A stretch of DNA of 64,000 nt, taken from contig JBEUKZ010000110.1 of the NCBI GenBank assembly GCA_048128005.1, forward strand, positions 1 through 64,000, given 5' to 3'. The notes below the pieces were generated by a model. It was not told the origin of the DNA, made no database searches, and was given only the letters and a program-made list of their open reading frames with translations. Below, piece after piece: positions 1-15,037 of the stretch. Each line of letters opens with the position of its first letter. Position 1 is the first letter of the stretch. The stretch comes from Veleropilina oligotropha (Eukaryota). The translations under genes and the position numbers were made by a program.

Positions 1-54
1 ATAAAAAGATCAAGACATAAAATAACGTATACACGCACGATGATTTGGTCTACA

Positions 55-405
55 TACACACCATGGGCAAAATTATGTGAATAATAGGGCTCCTAGTGTT
101 AATTGACCCATTGTTCCGAGACAATGGTTAACTCGACTAGAGGCCCAGACTAAATTGAGCGACAAAGGATCGATAGGAAACTTGCCAATGGAAGACTCGA
201 ATTTCTCATATCAAGCTCTAGAGGCGATATGGAGGCGATATGGTCGGCAATTGAATGTTTAAGGGTCACAGCTTGTAATTTACAATATATTTCCACAGAT
301 AATACAGCTGCCACACCTCGGCGTTATAAGCCAAACAACCTCGCTGTGGTTCGGTCTGTTAATGGCTTATAACGCTCATGCTGACATGACACTGCAGTGT
401 ATTAT
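55..405 (+). mobile_element. Hairpin-ended element, family 2 (related copies about 870-1195, 25788-26150 reverse, 27650-27920)
   Basis: Shared blocks CCATTGTT...ACAAT...TTAACTCG, GCCAATGGAAG and GATAATACACTG...CAGTGTATTAT hairpin arms. The IR ACACACCATGAA/TTCATGGTGTGT is clearest in the 27650 copy. Confidence 0.6.
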
Positions 406-413
406 ATATTACA

Positions 414-870
414 TATTATTATATAAATGGTGCTGTTATTCGTTAAATAACGGCATAAATATAATCGGTAATTCACTCATCTATATTTTCACTCTCGTGA
501 GTGAAAATATCAAAAACGCGTCATAAAGTGACGTCATAAAACGTTGTCCATGGCGACGTCGTCCATGGCGACGTTATGATGGCGAACTACATTTCAACAT
601 TGCAACGTCAACAGCGAAGGCATTCGTTCTTCCACAAAATTAAGCATGGCTATACAATGGAAACAGTATTTAATTGATAACTAATTAACCCATTTATATA
701 ATAAATAGAGCATTCAATGTTATGTCAGAAATGTTAAATATATTTTGTCTCGTGAACTAAATCCTAGACGATTCACTCAAGGCCTCCGGCCTTTCGTTGA
801 TCCGCTAGGATATATTTCACTCGACAAAATATATTTAATATTTCTGACATACCATCAAATACCCTGTATA
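414..870 (+). mobile_element. Hairpin-ended element, distinct family
   Basis: TTATTATATAAATGG (416-430) / CCATTTATATAATAA (690-704); hairpin core 721-851. Confidence 0.7.
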
Positions 871-3800
871 TACCATGATATCTTAACAATATGCCTCGTA
901 GTTTCCGTTACTCCATTGTGACAGGTAATTGCCCAAACAATGAGATTAACTCGGGACGCTCAGCAGTTTGCCTTAACAAAGCTATTGAAAAGGTGCCAAA
1001 CTCCTTTGAATGGAAGATTCTACTGTTTCATATCGCACCCATGGGTGATATCAAGGGTAATTCCATGTTTTAAGGGGTTCCAGCTTGCAATTTACAATAT
1101 ATTTGCATGGCCTGTATGACAGATGATACACTGACACCCCTCGGCCATATCCACAAAACGCTACCGATATCGCTCTGGGTGGCAGTGCATTATTTATTAC
1201 AATTTACACTCAATCAGATCATAATTAATTGATGACGTCATGTCAAAATAAAAAGTAATGAATATTCAAATTTAAATTTCACTCCATTAACAATCATAAG
1301 GCGATGTATATTTAACATTGATATACATAATTATATATCTGGTTGGGTGAAGTATAATAAAGTAATTATCACATGCAAATGTATAATATACATAATATGA
1401 TATAATAATTATTATAATCGCCACAATTTTGTATAATGTTTCAATAAACGGTGACCAGGCATGTCACACCAAAGTACTTACTACCATGAAGATATAATTA
1501 GACCCAAATTAGGACAATTTAACTAGAGTGATTACATGGATGAATAATTTAGCCCAAGAAATCATTATGTCTATTCATGCGCAGATCATTATGAAGCGAA
1601 TTGAATTTGAAGTTGACATTGCCGCACACGAGCGAGCGTATTCATGAATGTAGCGTTTGCTTGGGCGAGGTTCTACCATCATTTGTATTTGAAACATTTC
1701 AGGCAATGACATACTGTGGGTTTATGTGGGCATAATAATTATGGGCGTTAAAATATTATATTTGGGCTTGGTTCGATGTTTAATGCACCAGGTCATATCC
1801 ATATCGTGGGAGAAAAGTCCGGCCACCCGGAGAAACCCGCACTCGCTTTTCAGTTTCCGACATATGTGACTGTTGACTGAACAAATAGTGTTTAGTAGAG
1901 GATTCGTATTCACTCCTGTAAATCAGATCAGTCATGGACTGAAAGTAGGTTACTCTCTTGTCCATTACAACATCGCCGCTGTTCCATTAAGTTGGCTGTT
2001 TCACTTTGGTATCAGACCAAGACAACATAGTGATGACGTTTAGGCCTACTATGCTGTTTGCTCATTGAAAATACGACGTACCTATAACCGCGACCAGATA
2101 ATTTGGACTCTTAATATCGTCAAAATTTCAGCGCTGTACTGTTCGTGAGTATTCGTGTGTCTTGGTACCTATGCTGATTTTTCGACCTTTAGAGCTTATG
2201 CGATCGTACACCATCCATCATCCGGTCACATTTAAATGTATCCTTCTCGCTACTCTTTTGATCGTGCAAATTTAAAAATAGTCACCGTAACCGTCATTTT
2301 GAAAATCGACATATGAACATGGGATCTTCACATGATTTTTGGGTATCGTCTCTATTTGGTCGTACACAAATTTCAGATCGGTCCCAAATTCATGATGGCA
2401 CCGCGCCGATAGTTTGGAGTCTTTTGGGAATTATGTCTACATCCCCAAGTGAAAGGGCCCATTGATATATGATACCTACCAAATCTTGTTGGATACCATT
2501 AATTTGTAGTTCATTCTAAACGAAATTCGAAGCCGTTCAAGTTGCAATGTGTGACCACTGTGTCAGTTATTTTGAAAACCTTGTTGTCGATATGCTCATG
2601 CCCTGTAAGGCCTATCGACACAGAACCATTAGTCTTGTAATGGGTACTTCTGGTCTATAGTTAAAAACTGTTAAAATGTTTTGGCCACTCGCGCAGTTCT
2701 GGTTGATGCGATTTCTTTTATAACCATAGTTGGGTACCGTATATTATTGAAGCTTCACGAGTTCCAAGAACATTTTAGTTTCAAGAACAAATTTGTAACA
2801 TGATAAAATGTTTGGTATTCAATGTTGTCCTTGCCTCGACTCTTTGTGGTGTTTACGGTCAAGTTGTCCCAGCCGGTTTTCGCTGTCGAATGGCGTTTCC
2901 ATCAGGGACAATATGCCCTGATATGACCACGAAAAGTGTTAAATCGGATATTAAACATGGATTCAATCGCAATCTAACTAATGGAAAACGAATTGATGGT
3001 CAAAATGTCTACAGGAAATGAATAGAAATATCAGTGAGACCTCTTGTAGCAGACATGAAACAAAACCCGACCAGAAGACCGTCTGTTTCATCCATAAATT
3101 TCTATTAGTCTTGAATTATTGTAGTTAATAATATTTTGAGTTTATACACTTTAGGCTATATGAGTATTATAAACAGCGTTTAACCAAAGAATTTCCCAAT
3201 ATATTGTGGACTCTTTGGCCGGTTCTATATATAACGCTGGAACACATTTCCATGAGTCTTTTAACATCGTAGTCGTAGTCGTCGTATGTATCGTTAACCT
3301 TATTACGTTTCATTATTTGGATCCTAGAGGATCCTTTCATGATAACTGATAAAGCACGCGACACTAAACCTTTCATAAAACCACAATGAGGTTCGCTTAA
3401 TGAAATATGAGACCCACGAACTTGACTCAATAGTTATTTATTTGCCTAAGATGTATATGCTAATATTTCAATGTTCCTTGGTTGTTTGTGGGAATATTTT
3501 CACCGCATTTCTCCGTATCTTGGGAGTATTAATATTAATGTACATTATTCCCAAGAGTACAATAATTACATTGTGTACACAGGAAGTATACTTGCAGACT
3601 ACACAGAAATAAATAATATGTCATTTATAATTAAATTGTTCGATTTACGAGATTGGTGGTTCGGTTCATATGTCGCATGCGGATATAACTTGACTCTACT
3701 CATAGCAATTAGCGATAACCCAATACGAGAGACATTTGGAAGATCATCAACTGAAAATGACGCCTTGCGTTAACATGGTAGCAGCAAGTGTTTACAAAGC

Positions 3801-4159
3801 TTATCGTCGAGTAAGCTTAGGTTACCTAGGCAAATGAAACCGTCGCTATGATTGGTGGAAAGAGCGTCCCAGGAGACTCATGTTAGTCTCTCCATCGTTA
3901 TGCTATCCGCGGTTGTATTATGAAGAAGTATCGGTTTTCCCCAATGCGCTGCTTTGAGGGTAGTCCAGATATTAGTTATTCTGTAGAGCCAATTCTTTGT
4001 GTTAGTCAAGAAGTAGTGCATTAGAAGATTGTTTACTAGAACTTAGAAGCGAAAGCACGAATTATCGATGGACTTCATTCTGTTTCAGATGTTATGAACC
4101 AGTACTATTCCATAAAAGTTCCTGTTTTTCGCCATACATGGAGTTAGCAGAGTGAAATC

Positions 4160-4331
4160 ATGAGTAGAAGAGCGAGTTTATACGCAAAACAGCATCCCGG
4201 GAAACCGAGAGTACGGTTTCCAGATGAACTTGTTTTCCAAGATAATATTAAGGAAAATGATCTTCCAGCTGTAAAAGCCATGCTCCGACGGGCCAGTCTG
4301 CAGATGGACATCAATGCCATAAACACAGCAG
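4160..4331 (+). CDS. PPP1R27: PPP1R27-like ankyrin PP1 regulatory subunit, coding exon 1
   Basis: MSRRASLYAKQHPGKPRVRFPDELVFQDNIKENDL... with RVxF PP1-docking motif (RVRF). Phase-1 donor G|GTAATT at 4332. Joins in frame to exons 2 and 3 to give a 160-aa protein resembling vertebrate PPP1R27 (from memory of the family). Confidence 0.85.
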
Positions 4332-5625
4332 GTAATTTGTGCTAATTACTCCATTACGTTATCGTGAAAGGTTATAATGTTTGAAGTTGGGTGGTTTAGA
4401 TATCTAGAATGTCTTCGGTTACATGTTTTCAAATGGTCTGAGATCATTGCATGTTTGTGATGTGTGTCGTATATCAGCATAGCCTTTATCAATTTATTAC
4501 ATATACATATAATCTTCAAATTACAATACTTTTTAGGCGAAATGATTATTATACATTACCAATTTGGCATTATACTTTTACTGTTCTTGCCCCCTGTACT
4601 TTTACTCAATGCTCGAACATTCAGGAACATTTTAACCCAGTCCGAAAAAAGTAGGCCTTTTCTGTTGACATAGATAATATCACACAACGGTAATTAATAC
4701 CTTAATTGTTTTTGCAGCATACCCAGAATACTAGAATAATTCACTGTGATATGTTGGAATTTGTTATATGTTATTAATGTTGTGAGTTTATTTTTGCCTA
4801 AAATATAATGAAAAGTCGTTCGCACGTCCATTGTTATCCAATACGGTTATCGTAGCACTGCCATATGTTCCAAATCAAAGCCTTTTTGCATTGCGCAAGC
4901 GATGTTTACTTGTATTTCGTGATCTAAACCGATTATGTTCATTGGAAAGGATTCGTATAACATGTGTCAAAACATCATTATCGCATTTTCCATGGATAAA
5001 TACTGCCATGGAGATGTCACGTATTTAGGTCTTGACAAGTTTGATAAATGGACCTGGCTGTTCCAGCCATCGATACCCAAGAGTGACATGAATATGTGCA
5101 GAATGTGTCTGCATAATCTCACAGACGTCTTCGTTAGAAGACATTCAACGCAACAAACTCAATCATTTAATTATGATGGAACTTTCTTAGGCCAGTGGTA
5201 TTTCGTAGATAGTCACTTTTCAAGAAGAAAACTTAAAAAAGGAGAACTCCGTGCAATTTTAACCTACATTTGACCATCTTGTGGTACATGTATAGAGTAT
5301 TGATGCAGATCCATAAGGGTGCTTGCTAGTGTATCAGGGTTTCCAGGGCAACGGCTTTTGAAATTATAATTTATTATTTATCAATGGCTGTAAATGTACA
5401 ATAAATGTAACTCGATATGCTAAAATGGCAAATAACTTTTTTGTACACAATTTAATAGCATTGGCAGCTGGCGGTCGGAATGCTTTGGATGCCGCAGAAT
5501 ATCCACACACGTCGTTTATAACCATCGGTTTGTTTCCCGATGCGTATCGAGCATGTGATGGTCGATTATCTATAATTAGTGCCGCAGTTTATATATAACG
5601 TTTGCATGATTCATATGCTTGACAA

Positions 5626-5979
<354 letters not shown>

Positions 5980-6882
5980 TTTATCACATATCTAGGTCAT
6001 TCTCCCATAGTGCAACACCGTGTATTATTCGTCGTAATCAACGTGTGTTTTTGCCATATCCAAATGCGATTGGATGAATTAATGAATGAAATTAGAACAG
6101 CCAATAGAAATGCGTGTCACTAAAGGTCGAGCGCACTTCTTGTTTTTACTACGTTTTGTTTAATGAGATTGCCGCCAATATTTGTAATGTTGACAATATG
6201 GCGGCGATAGTGGAAATTTATAGCAACGGCCAAAAAACAACAACATGTTAGAGATTATTGGAACTGATTTTGAGGTAACGAGATTGCGGACGCGACAATC
6301 ACATATATGCAGGACCCGAGGTACGTATACATGTATACATAGCTTCTCCGCGATAGCAGACGTCAATGACAGATTCTAACCGGTCAGCGACACATAGCCT
6401 ATCCACCGTTACTGTTTTTGGCAGATAGTTTTAAATCCTAATGAAAATTGTTATTCTAATATGTTCATATAGTTTATATAAAGTTATATCGGTTCATTTT
6501 CAAAGAATATTTATTAATTAACTTAATTAATCAACTACTTTCGCACTCTTTTTAGACGGCATTAATGTTACTAATTTATGTAATGAGTAAACACGTCCTT
6601 TTTGCATTAAACTGTTTACATATCACTACGCCGTAATGTCGCCTTCAATCTACCGCTGATTCTTCGTACCGGTGAGGCAATTTCGTGAGTTTGTAGTTTG
6701 TTTCCTACCGAAGAGCGATATGTGATAAACAGAACCTCACACTCGTGGTAATGTAATATCACATTTATGAAACTCGTTTAACTAATTTTCATATTTTCCT
6801 CGGCAAGCCTCGGAAAATATGAAAATTAGTTAAACTCGTTTCATAAATGTGATATTACATTACCACTCATATGAGATCCTCT

Positions 6883-6883
<1 letters not shown>
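5980..6883 (+). mobile_element. Non-autonomous hairpin-ended element, family 1
   Basis: TTTATCACATATC (5980) / GATATGTGATAAA (6717-6729), then a hairpin at about 6731-6883; flanked by (TA)n on both sides. Confidence 0.75.
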
Positions 6884-8042
<1,159 letters not shown>

Positions 8043-8299
8043 AGATCATGTATTCATCCACCATAAACAAGCGTTCTCATATATATACGCACGCGCACTC
8101 GCGTGCGGTGCTGTATTTTGGCATACGTTGTCAGATGCTTCTGATATTTTGGTATATTGGCTTCCTCTTCATTGCACAATTATTATCAGCTTCATTCATT
8201 AATCACCAATTATTTAACCGATTTAATGACATTAGTTACGCAATTACAATATATACTCCACTTCATCAACGCTATTTTGTCATATGCTGTGTTCAGGTA

Positions 8300-8690
8300 T
8301 CTATATATATAAAGTAGTAATTATGTCTGTCTGTATGTTTGCGTGCGTGTAGGTTTGTCGGTTTGACACTTCCGACTTCTTGGCCAAGTTCACTGTTATA
8401 TATGTATAGAGAGATAGCATCAGCTGATTGAAACACTCTTGGGATGGATAGAGAGCAGGTGCGAGTAGGCAGGCAGGTGTGAGGGAGGATGGGGTAATGG
8501 GGGGAGGGGAGAGCGAAAAATGGGAGTGAAATGGGGAGGGGTAAAGTGAGGGGGGTTGAAAAGGGGGGCGAGAAATGAGGTGGGGGTAAAGTTTGGGTGG
8601 AGGGAGAAATGGGGGGGGGGGGTAAAGGGGGGCGAGAAATGGGGGATTTCTGCGAAATCAACCGTTTGTAAACGGGTGTACCCGCTATAG
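8300..8690 (+). mobile_element. Probable non-autonomous Helitron with G-rich core
   Basis: A|TCTATATATATAAA start, GTCT microsatellite, CCGTTTGTAAACGG hairpin, degenerate CTATAG|T end. Confidence 0.55.
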
Positions 8691-10855
8691 TTCTTAATAT
8701 ACCAGTTGCAGTCGTCATTTCGATCTGAGAAGATTCGGCCATTTCCGTAAAGCGGTCGAAGGGAAATGACGTCGTCTGATCTGTCAAATGCAAACAAATA
8801 TAATGCAACGTAATTGCACGATTCGCTTATAGAATATGAAAACACCACCACGTACTGTATCAATGTTATTTATTTAAGATCATTTAATATACTGTCAGCT
8901 TATTACTGAAGTTAAAAACCAAGGTGTGGAATTTTCCTCTGGGTAGTTCGGTTCATTGCACACCTTTGACTGTAACTGCTAACTTATATTATTATCAGAT
9001 GACGGGGCGTTACCTGTAGAATAGTTCGAACTAGACTGGACCGTAAAACTGCTTAACCGCCTGATCATCGGTCCGATAATCATTAGCAGCCCGACGATTT
9101 ATCACGTGACGGGTGATCATGTGAGTGGCGTCATTTCCACATAGACTAGCAGACGACAGTTTGATCCCAGCCGAAGACGTCTTGCTGACCAAACTCTCCA
9201 GTGCAACATTCAATAACTGCACCGTAAACATTCAACTTCAAAAGTAGAACTGTACGTTTGTTCACTTGACATGTTTTTTGTCAATAAATTGACAACTTAT
9301 TGGCGTTTGATCATTCATGTATAGTACCCTTTAATAAAAGTAGTGAACATGGTTTTGGCGTGCGTCATGATTTTTATTGACCATTCATGAATGGTAAGCG
9401 GCCCTCTTGTCAAGACTGTCGGGCTGATAATCATTCATGTCGGGCCAATAAAACAGCACAACGCCCTTCAAAACCCATATTATTGTTATATTATGGTCAG
9501 ACGCTTTCCACAAATTTAATGTTGTTGTTAATCAGTTACCTTGACTACTTCTCTTCAAATGCCAAAAAAAGAGTTCGTCGTTAGCCAGTTTAGTATTTCG
9601 TAGTGTATTGGAGAACAAGCGACTATGTTCAATTATATGTATATTCTACCTTCACCGCCAAACCTACTTCGCTTTCATGGTCGATAATTGAATTGATTGA
9701 ACAGATGTTTACAACGCAAGTTTATTAAAGCACTACGCGATGTTAGCATTGCAATACTAAAGTCAGTGGATCAATTGTCCTGTCACGACTAGTTGAAATT
9801 CAATGATGTTGAAAGTTGCTGGGAAAATACAACGGCTGCATTATCAATGTGTTTAAGGTGGGGCAATGTTTGTTATCAATTTTGGCAGTCATTCTCTACC
9901 AACATTTAATCTACAGACATCGTATCATATTAGCACCATCGACATAGGGTCTCATTCTCGGGGGTAATTGAAATACATAATCAGTTGGTAGATTCGCATA
10001 CAGATAATAATATTATAATGTTTGACATTACGTACATTGATAATGAACATCATATGATTACCTCTATGTCAAGTCCGTTGTCCAGATGTTAATATTGCGT
10101 GTAAGCCTACATGGTGTACACACAAAAATTATAAACGCCGTATGCATGTTGAATGAATAAATGGTATCAGTATGACATTGTGATGTTATCAACATTCCTC
10201 TGACATTAAGAACATCAATTTAACTATTCCGTTGAAATGAACGTTTGTCTGCCTGAGTTTACTCGTGATATGTGAATGCAAATTTAATCGACAATAAGGT
10301 TAATAAAAAACCAGGTGTCTTTTTTAAACTTTGTCGATTGTGAAGAAGTTCTAAGTCAAATATTTCTACAATATGTATTAACGTAATCTGCAAATAAAAC
10401 ACGGAGAGTTATGCAGTTCCATGTCACCATCACAACTTTTACAACACAAACATGAAATGAACGATTATATCCAGGAATCATTATTAATATAAGAGCCTGA
10501 TACTAGTACTTATGGAGACGGTTGACTAGAAACTCCCCGTCATTATGGGCCTGCACTTATCGTGTAACTGTGTCTTAAACCAGGCGCATACGAGTGAGCG
10601 GAAACCGTTTTTGAACGAACTTTCCAAATCAATTCATGAAATTGATGAGATAAGTGAACAGATGATCGCGTTAACATGAAACAAGTATCGCTATCGTAAT
10701 GATTGAAGTTTGTATACTTTGATTGTAGGAAATGTTTTCATGTAGCAATTCCCGTTTTATCTGCATTATCTAAAGTTTCATATTAGATAAAAGTTAATAA
10801 TATATACCAAAAGAACTCGGTGAGCTGCACGTATATAATAGTAAAAATCAAACAT

Positions 10856-11040
10856 GTGATGATGATGAATTGATGTTTAACGATCACGCCAACAATTTTT
10901 CAGTCATAAATCGGGTCAGTCAACTTTGAATGATGAAATGAGTTGGTCCCGTCGAGGGAATAATCCCGGTACTTCGGAAATTGAACCCTGGACCTTTCGT
11001 TAGTAGACCATCACCGTATCCACTCTGCCACGCTGCCGCC
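10856..11040 (-). mobile_element. Second tRNA-derived SINE family (another copy about 19000-19180, +)
   Basis: TGGCAGAGTGG and GGTTCAATTTCC boxes; shared tail ATGACTGAAAATTGTTGGCGTGATCGTTAAACATCAA followed by (TCA)n. Confidence 0.65.
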
Positions 11041-11320
11041 AAGTCAAACATGTAATGCCTCGCGTATGTCATATATCTGGAAAGAACAGCAGCCGCGAAC
11101 ACCAATCTTGGCAGAATTAACCTTATAATATATACAGTATGTTATTTTACTGAATCTCACGAATGGTGCTTGTGAGCTTCATCAAGCGGATATATTTAAT
11201 ATACAGATATTATTGGTTATAGTATCAACCAATCAATAAATCAATCAGTTTATAGCAAGTAGGAATAGCATGTACCATAACCCAACCTAGTTGGCTATAT
11301 GACCTACAAGTCATTGTTAG

Positions 11321-11445
11321 TTGAGCCGTGTAAACGGAGAAACTATTGTATTGAGGCTGTCTGTGTGTCTGTCTGTGTGGTGGACGGTGTATGTCCACGA
11401 TGACTTTACATGGCTCAATTATGCTTCCTCTCGGATGCGCTTGTA
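11321..11445 (+). mobile_element. Mini-HINE (second copy 26345-26472, reverse)
   Basis: TTGAGCCGT/ATGGCTCAA subTIRs, (CTGT)n, 3' stem-loop; two dispersed copies. Confidence 0.65.
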
Positions 11446-11462
11446 TCTTATGTCTTCAGTAA

Positions 11463-12180
11463 TTGTATCCCCCGAAACGAAAGTGTCGCGTCCGTCACGC
11501 CGCCGCCGCCGCGTCCGTCGAGAGATTCCCCGTGATCGCTCTAGACAGGACATTTCTTAACGGATTGTTTTCACATTTGTTATGTGCATTAGTTGGGCGA
11601 GGACACGACACCTATAGATTTTGGGTGTGGTCAGACCTCCAAGATGGCCGATGTGGCGTCCAGCTTGGATTTTAAAGCATAATTCCTTATGATCGTTCTT
11701 GACAGGCCATTTCTTAACGGAATGTTTTAAAATTTGGTATGTGCATTGGTTGGGGCGAGGACACGACACTATATAATTTGGGTGTGGTCCGACCTCCAAA
11801 ATGGCCGCTGTGGCATCCATCTTGGATTTTAAAGCATAATTCCTTGTGATCGCTCTAGACAGGCCATTTCTTAACGGAATGTTTTCAAATTTGGTATGTG
11901 CATTGAATGGTGAGAGGACACGACACCTTTAGAATTTGGGTGTGGATCGACCTCCAAGATGGCCGCTGTGGCCTCCATTTGGATTTTAAAGCATGATTCC
12001 TTGTGATCGCTTTAGACAGGTCATTTCTTAACGGAAAGTTTTCAAATTCTGTTTGGACATTAGTTGGGGTGAGGACACGACACTCAATGATTGCGAATGT
12101 GGTCCGACCTCAAAGATGGCCACCATCCTTGATTACCGGGGGATACATATGCGGTCACTCGTGACTGGGCGTTCTATAGT
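11463..12180 (+). mobile_element. Helentron-associated (HINE/DINE-like) element with about 157-bp internal tandem repeats
   Basis: subTIR GTATCCCCCG / CGGGGGATAC, (GCC)n, four repeat units (starts near 11532, 11689, 11846, 12003), 3' stem-loop GGTCACTCGTGACT. Confidence 0.75.
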
Positions 12181-12939
12181 TTTGCTTACTTTGTATCTCA
12201 TTAAAACTGGCTAATAAATAACACGGCTGTCAAACCGTTTGGTGGATAGGCAGAATCGCCTTACATGCAACATTTTGTTGATAATTGCATTGTTTTACCG
12301 CCAGGATCCCTCCGAGCGGTCCATATCGCGTGCTCTTTTTGAGATGGAATCTTCACCTGTTGTTTATACTGTAAATTATACCTGCATTGAGGCGCGAGTC
12401 GTTATCGCATGGTTCCATCTATTAACGGGATTAAGTTATGGCATTTGCTGATGCAGGTAAACCGATATTGAAAGATCCAAGAATACTCTTTATATATTTG
12501 CTCTGGCTTGACCCCGGTTTATTTTTCACTGCGCTTTCTCGCGGATATATATATATAAAGATCAAAGAGATCAAATGTTTACTCACATCAAAGAGAGTCG
12601 ACAGGGTTATTATTTCGATTTGTTATTGTTTATAACAGTTATTCCGTACTTAATCATTTAATAAAAAAATGTTTCGCGTGAATGTCAAATTGGCACACGG
12701 CATTGACATGATTTTCAACTTGCCATTGGTAGCAAGCATATATGCCTATTTTACTTGGTATAAATGTATTTGTAATTCATCAAAATAGCTTTAAATGTAT
12801 ATTTTTTTTTAATAATTTCATTACGTCGTTACGTTGGCGCAATTACATGTATATTTTATCATGTGATAACCTTCTGAAGACAAACAAACTAGCGGCATAT
12901 TCAGTACAGTGCAACTCTACAGGCATCGTGCGGACTCAA

Positions 12940-15030
12940 ACAAATTGTGAAAGAGCCAACGCATAAAAGTAATCACATACTCGACAGTGTGATCATTTCA
13001 CAAGACAACGCAATTTTTCCACTAAGTACTAAAACTGTGGATTGCCAGATATCGGATCACTTTATAATCTCACTTGAATTGAAAATAGAAAGACCAGCAC
13101 CCGAGTCGAAACAAATTCGCTACCGTAAACTCAAAGATGAGTTCAAAATGAGTTCAAAATGAGTTCAAAACATAATTAGCTCATATTCCACAAGAAATGG
13201 ACATGTCACAGTTGGTCGATAAATATAACAATGATATTAAACACACCATTGACAACCATGTTCCGGAGATCACCAAAATAGTCATAAGACCAAATACACA
13301 ATGGTACAATGCCAACCTCCGCCAAGCTAAAGTAATTCGACGACGCTTAGAATGACGCTGGAATAAGTCTGGTAAACTCACCGAGCATATAAGAAGCAGT
13401 ACAAGTTGGTGAACCATCTGCTCACGGAGGCTAAACCTGAATTTTTCTCAAACAAAGTCATTAACTTCAAAGATGATCAAAAGAAGCTCTTTAATGTCAC
13501 TAAGGATATGTTACAATGGAATAAGTCAACTCCACTGCCAACTGATTATCAAGAGGAATCAAGAGGAATGTCGTTATCGCAAATGCAATCAACCACAGAG
13601 GAAATTTATGAAGCTTTAGATTCGAATCGTAATGACATTCAACTCTCGACGTTTGAACCGGCCACGAATGATGAAATTAAGTCGATCATTATGAGGTCAT
13701 CATCATCTACGTGCGCACTCGACCCTCTGCCATCATGGATGCTGAAATCATGTTCAGATGAATTGTTGCCAATTTTGACACGTCTTGTCAACATGTCATT
13801 ATCCAATGCAGAAGTTCCAGAAAATTTCAAGAGCGCATTGGTAAAGCCCTTATTGAAAAAGGTCAATTTGGATGAAAACAATCTGAAACATTATCGATCG
13901 GTTTCTAATCTAAGTTTTGTTTCAAAACTTGTGGAGGGTGTTGTAGCAATTCGACTAAACGCTCACTTGAAAAAGCACATGCTTTTGGACAAATACCAAT
14001 CAGCGTATCGCATGTTTCACTCCACAGAAACAGCCCCTTTAAAGGTCCAGAATGACATCCTTCAATCTATTCGTCAGAAATCAATTGTTGCTCTCGACTT
14101 ACTTGACCTAAGTGCAGCTTTCGATACAATTGACCACAAAATTCTGTTTAATCGCCTGAACTCCTACTTTGGAATCAAGCAATCGGCGCATACATGGATC
14201 AAGTCATATCTACATGAGCGAACACAAACCACCACCATAAACGGCATGAAATGTGACCCTGCCTCTCTCCCTTACGGTGTGCCATAAGGTTCCGTATTAG
14301 GTCCGATTCTGTTTTCAATGTATGCCACGCCCATAGCAGAGATTTCATCCAAAGATAATCTGTCATATCATTTCTACGCAGATGACAGTCAAATATATGT
14401 TGCATTTGATCCCAAAAGCTCCTTCAATGCAAGGCTTGACAGATTAGAGAGCTGTATTTCAGAGATCAAACATTGGTTGTGCACAAACATCCTTAAACTC
14501 AATGATGATAAAACTGAGTTTATAATATTTTGCTCAAGAAATAACATCAATAAGACCCGAGATGTAAACTTACAAGTTGGCGAAACAGAAATAAACTCCA
14601 GCGAATTTCTAAGAAATTTGGGTGCTTACTTTGACAACACTATGTCGATGGAGAAATTCGTCTCATGCCAACCTGATCAAGTCTCACTAACAATTCGAGT
14701 TCAGCTGACATCGTAGTAGTGGACGAAAGTAATGACTACTTCACATTCGTTTATTGTTATTACTTATATCACGCATCCTATGTATCATTCAAAGTTGGTT
14801 GAAGTTCAGGTAGGGGCTGCTTCACCTCTTTGTCTGATTGTGTTTTAAAAAAAAATATTAATAAAATTGAAAATACTCAAAAAAAAGAATCTGTTTATTA
14901 TTATTGCTTATTAATATTGTATTCATGGTATGAATCATTGATGTTTCGCCTGTATATTCTTATGCACTGTAATATTAGTTATATTTTGTACTGCGCTTAG
15001 AGCTACACTAGAATAGGCGCATTATAAATG
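12940..15030 (+). mobile_element. Decayed L2/CR1-group LINE (APE end plus RT), internally deleted
   Basis: ISDHFII (APE C-terminus), LDPLPSW, YRSVSNLSFVSKLVE, QSAYRMFHSTETA, LLDLSAAFDTIDH, GVP*GSVLGP, YADD. In-frame stops. GCGCTTAGAG...GCGCATTATAAAT 3' tail near 14993-15030. Confidence 0.88.
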
Positions 15031-15037
15031 TACTAAA

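Noticed and set aside
8293..8863. Pro-rich 171-aa and 147-aa minus-strand ORFs
   Set aside because: By-product of the G-rich low-complexity tract; no domain or splice support.
11532..12120. Regularly spaced repeats as a CRISPR array
   Set aside because: Whole units repeat with no unique spacers; eukaryotic context, no cas genes.
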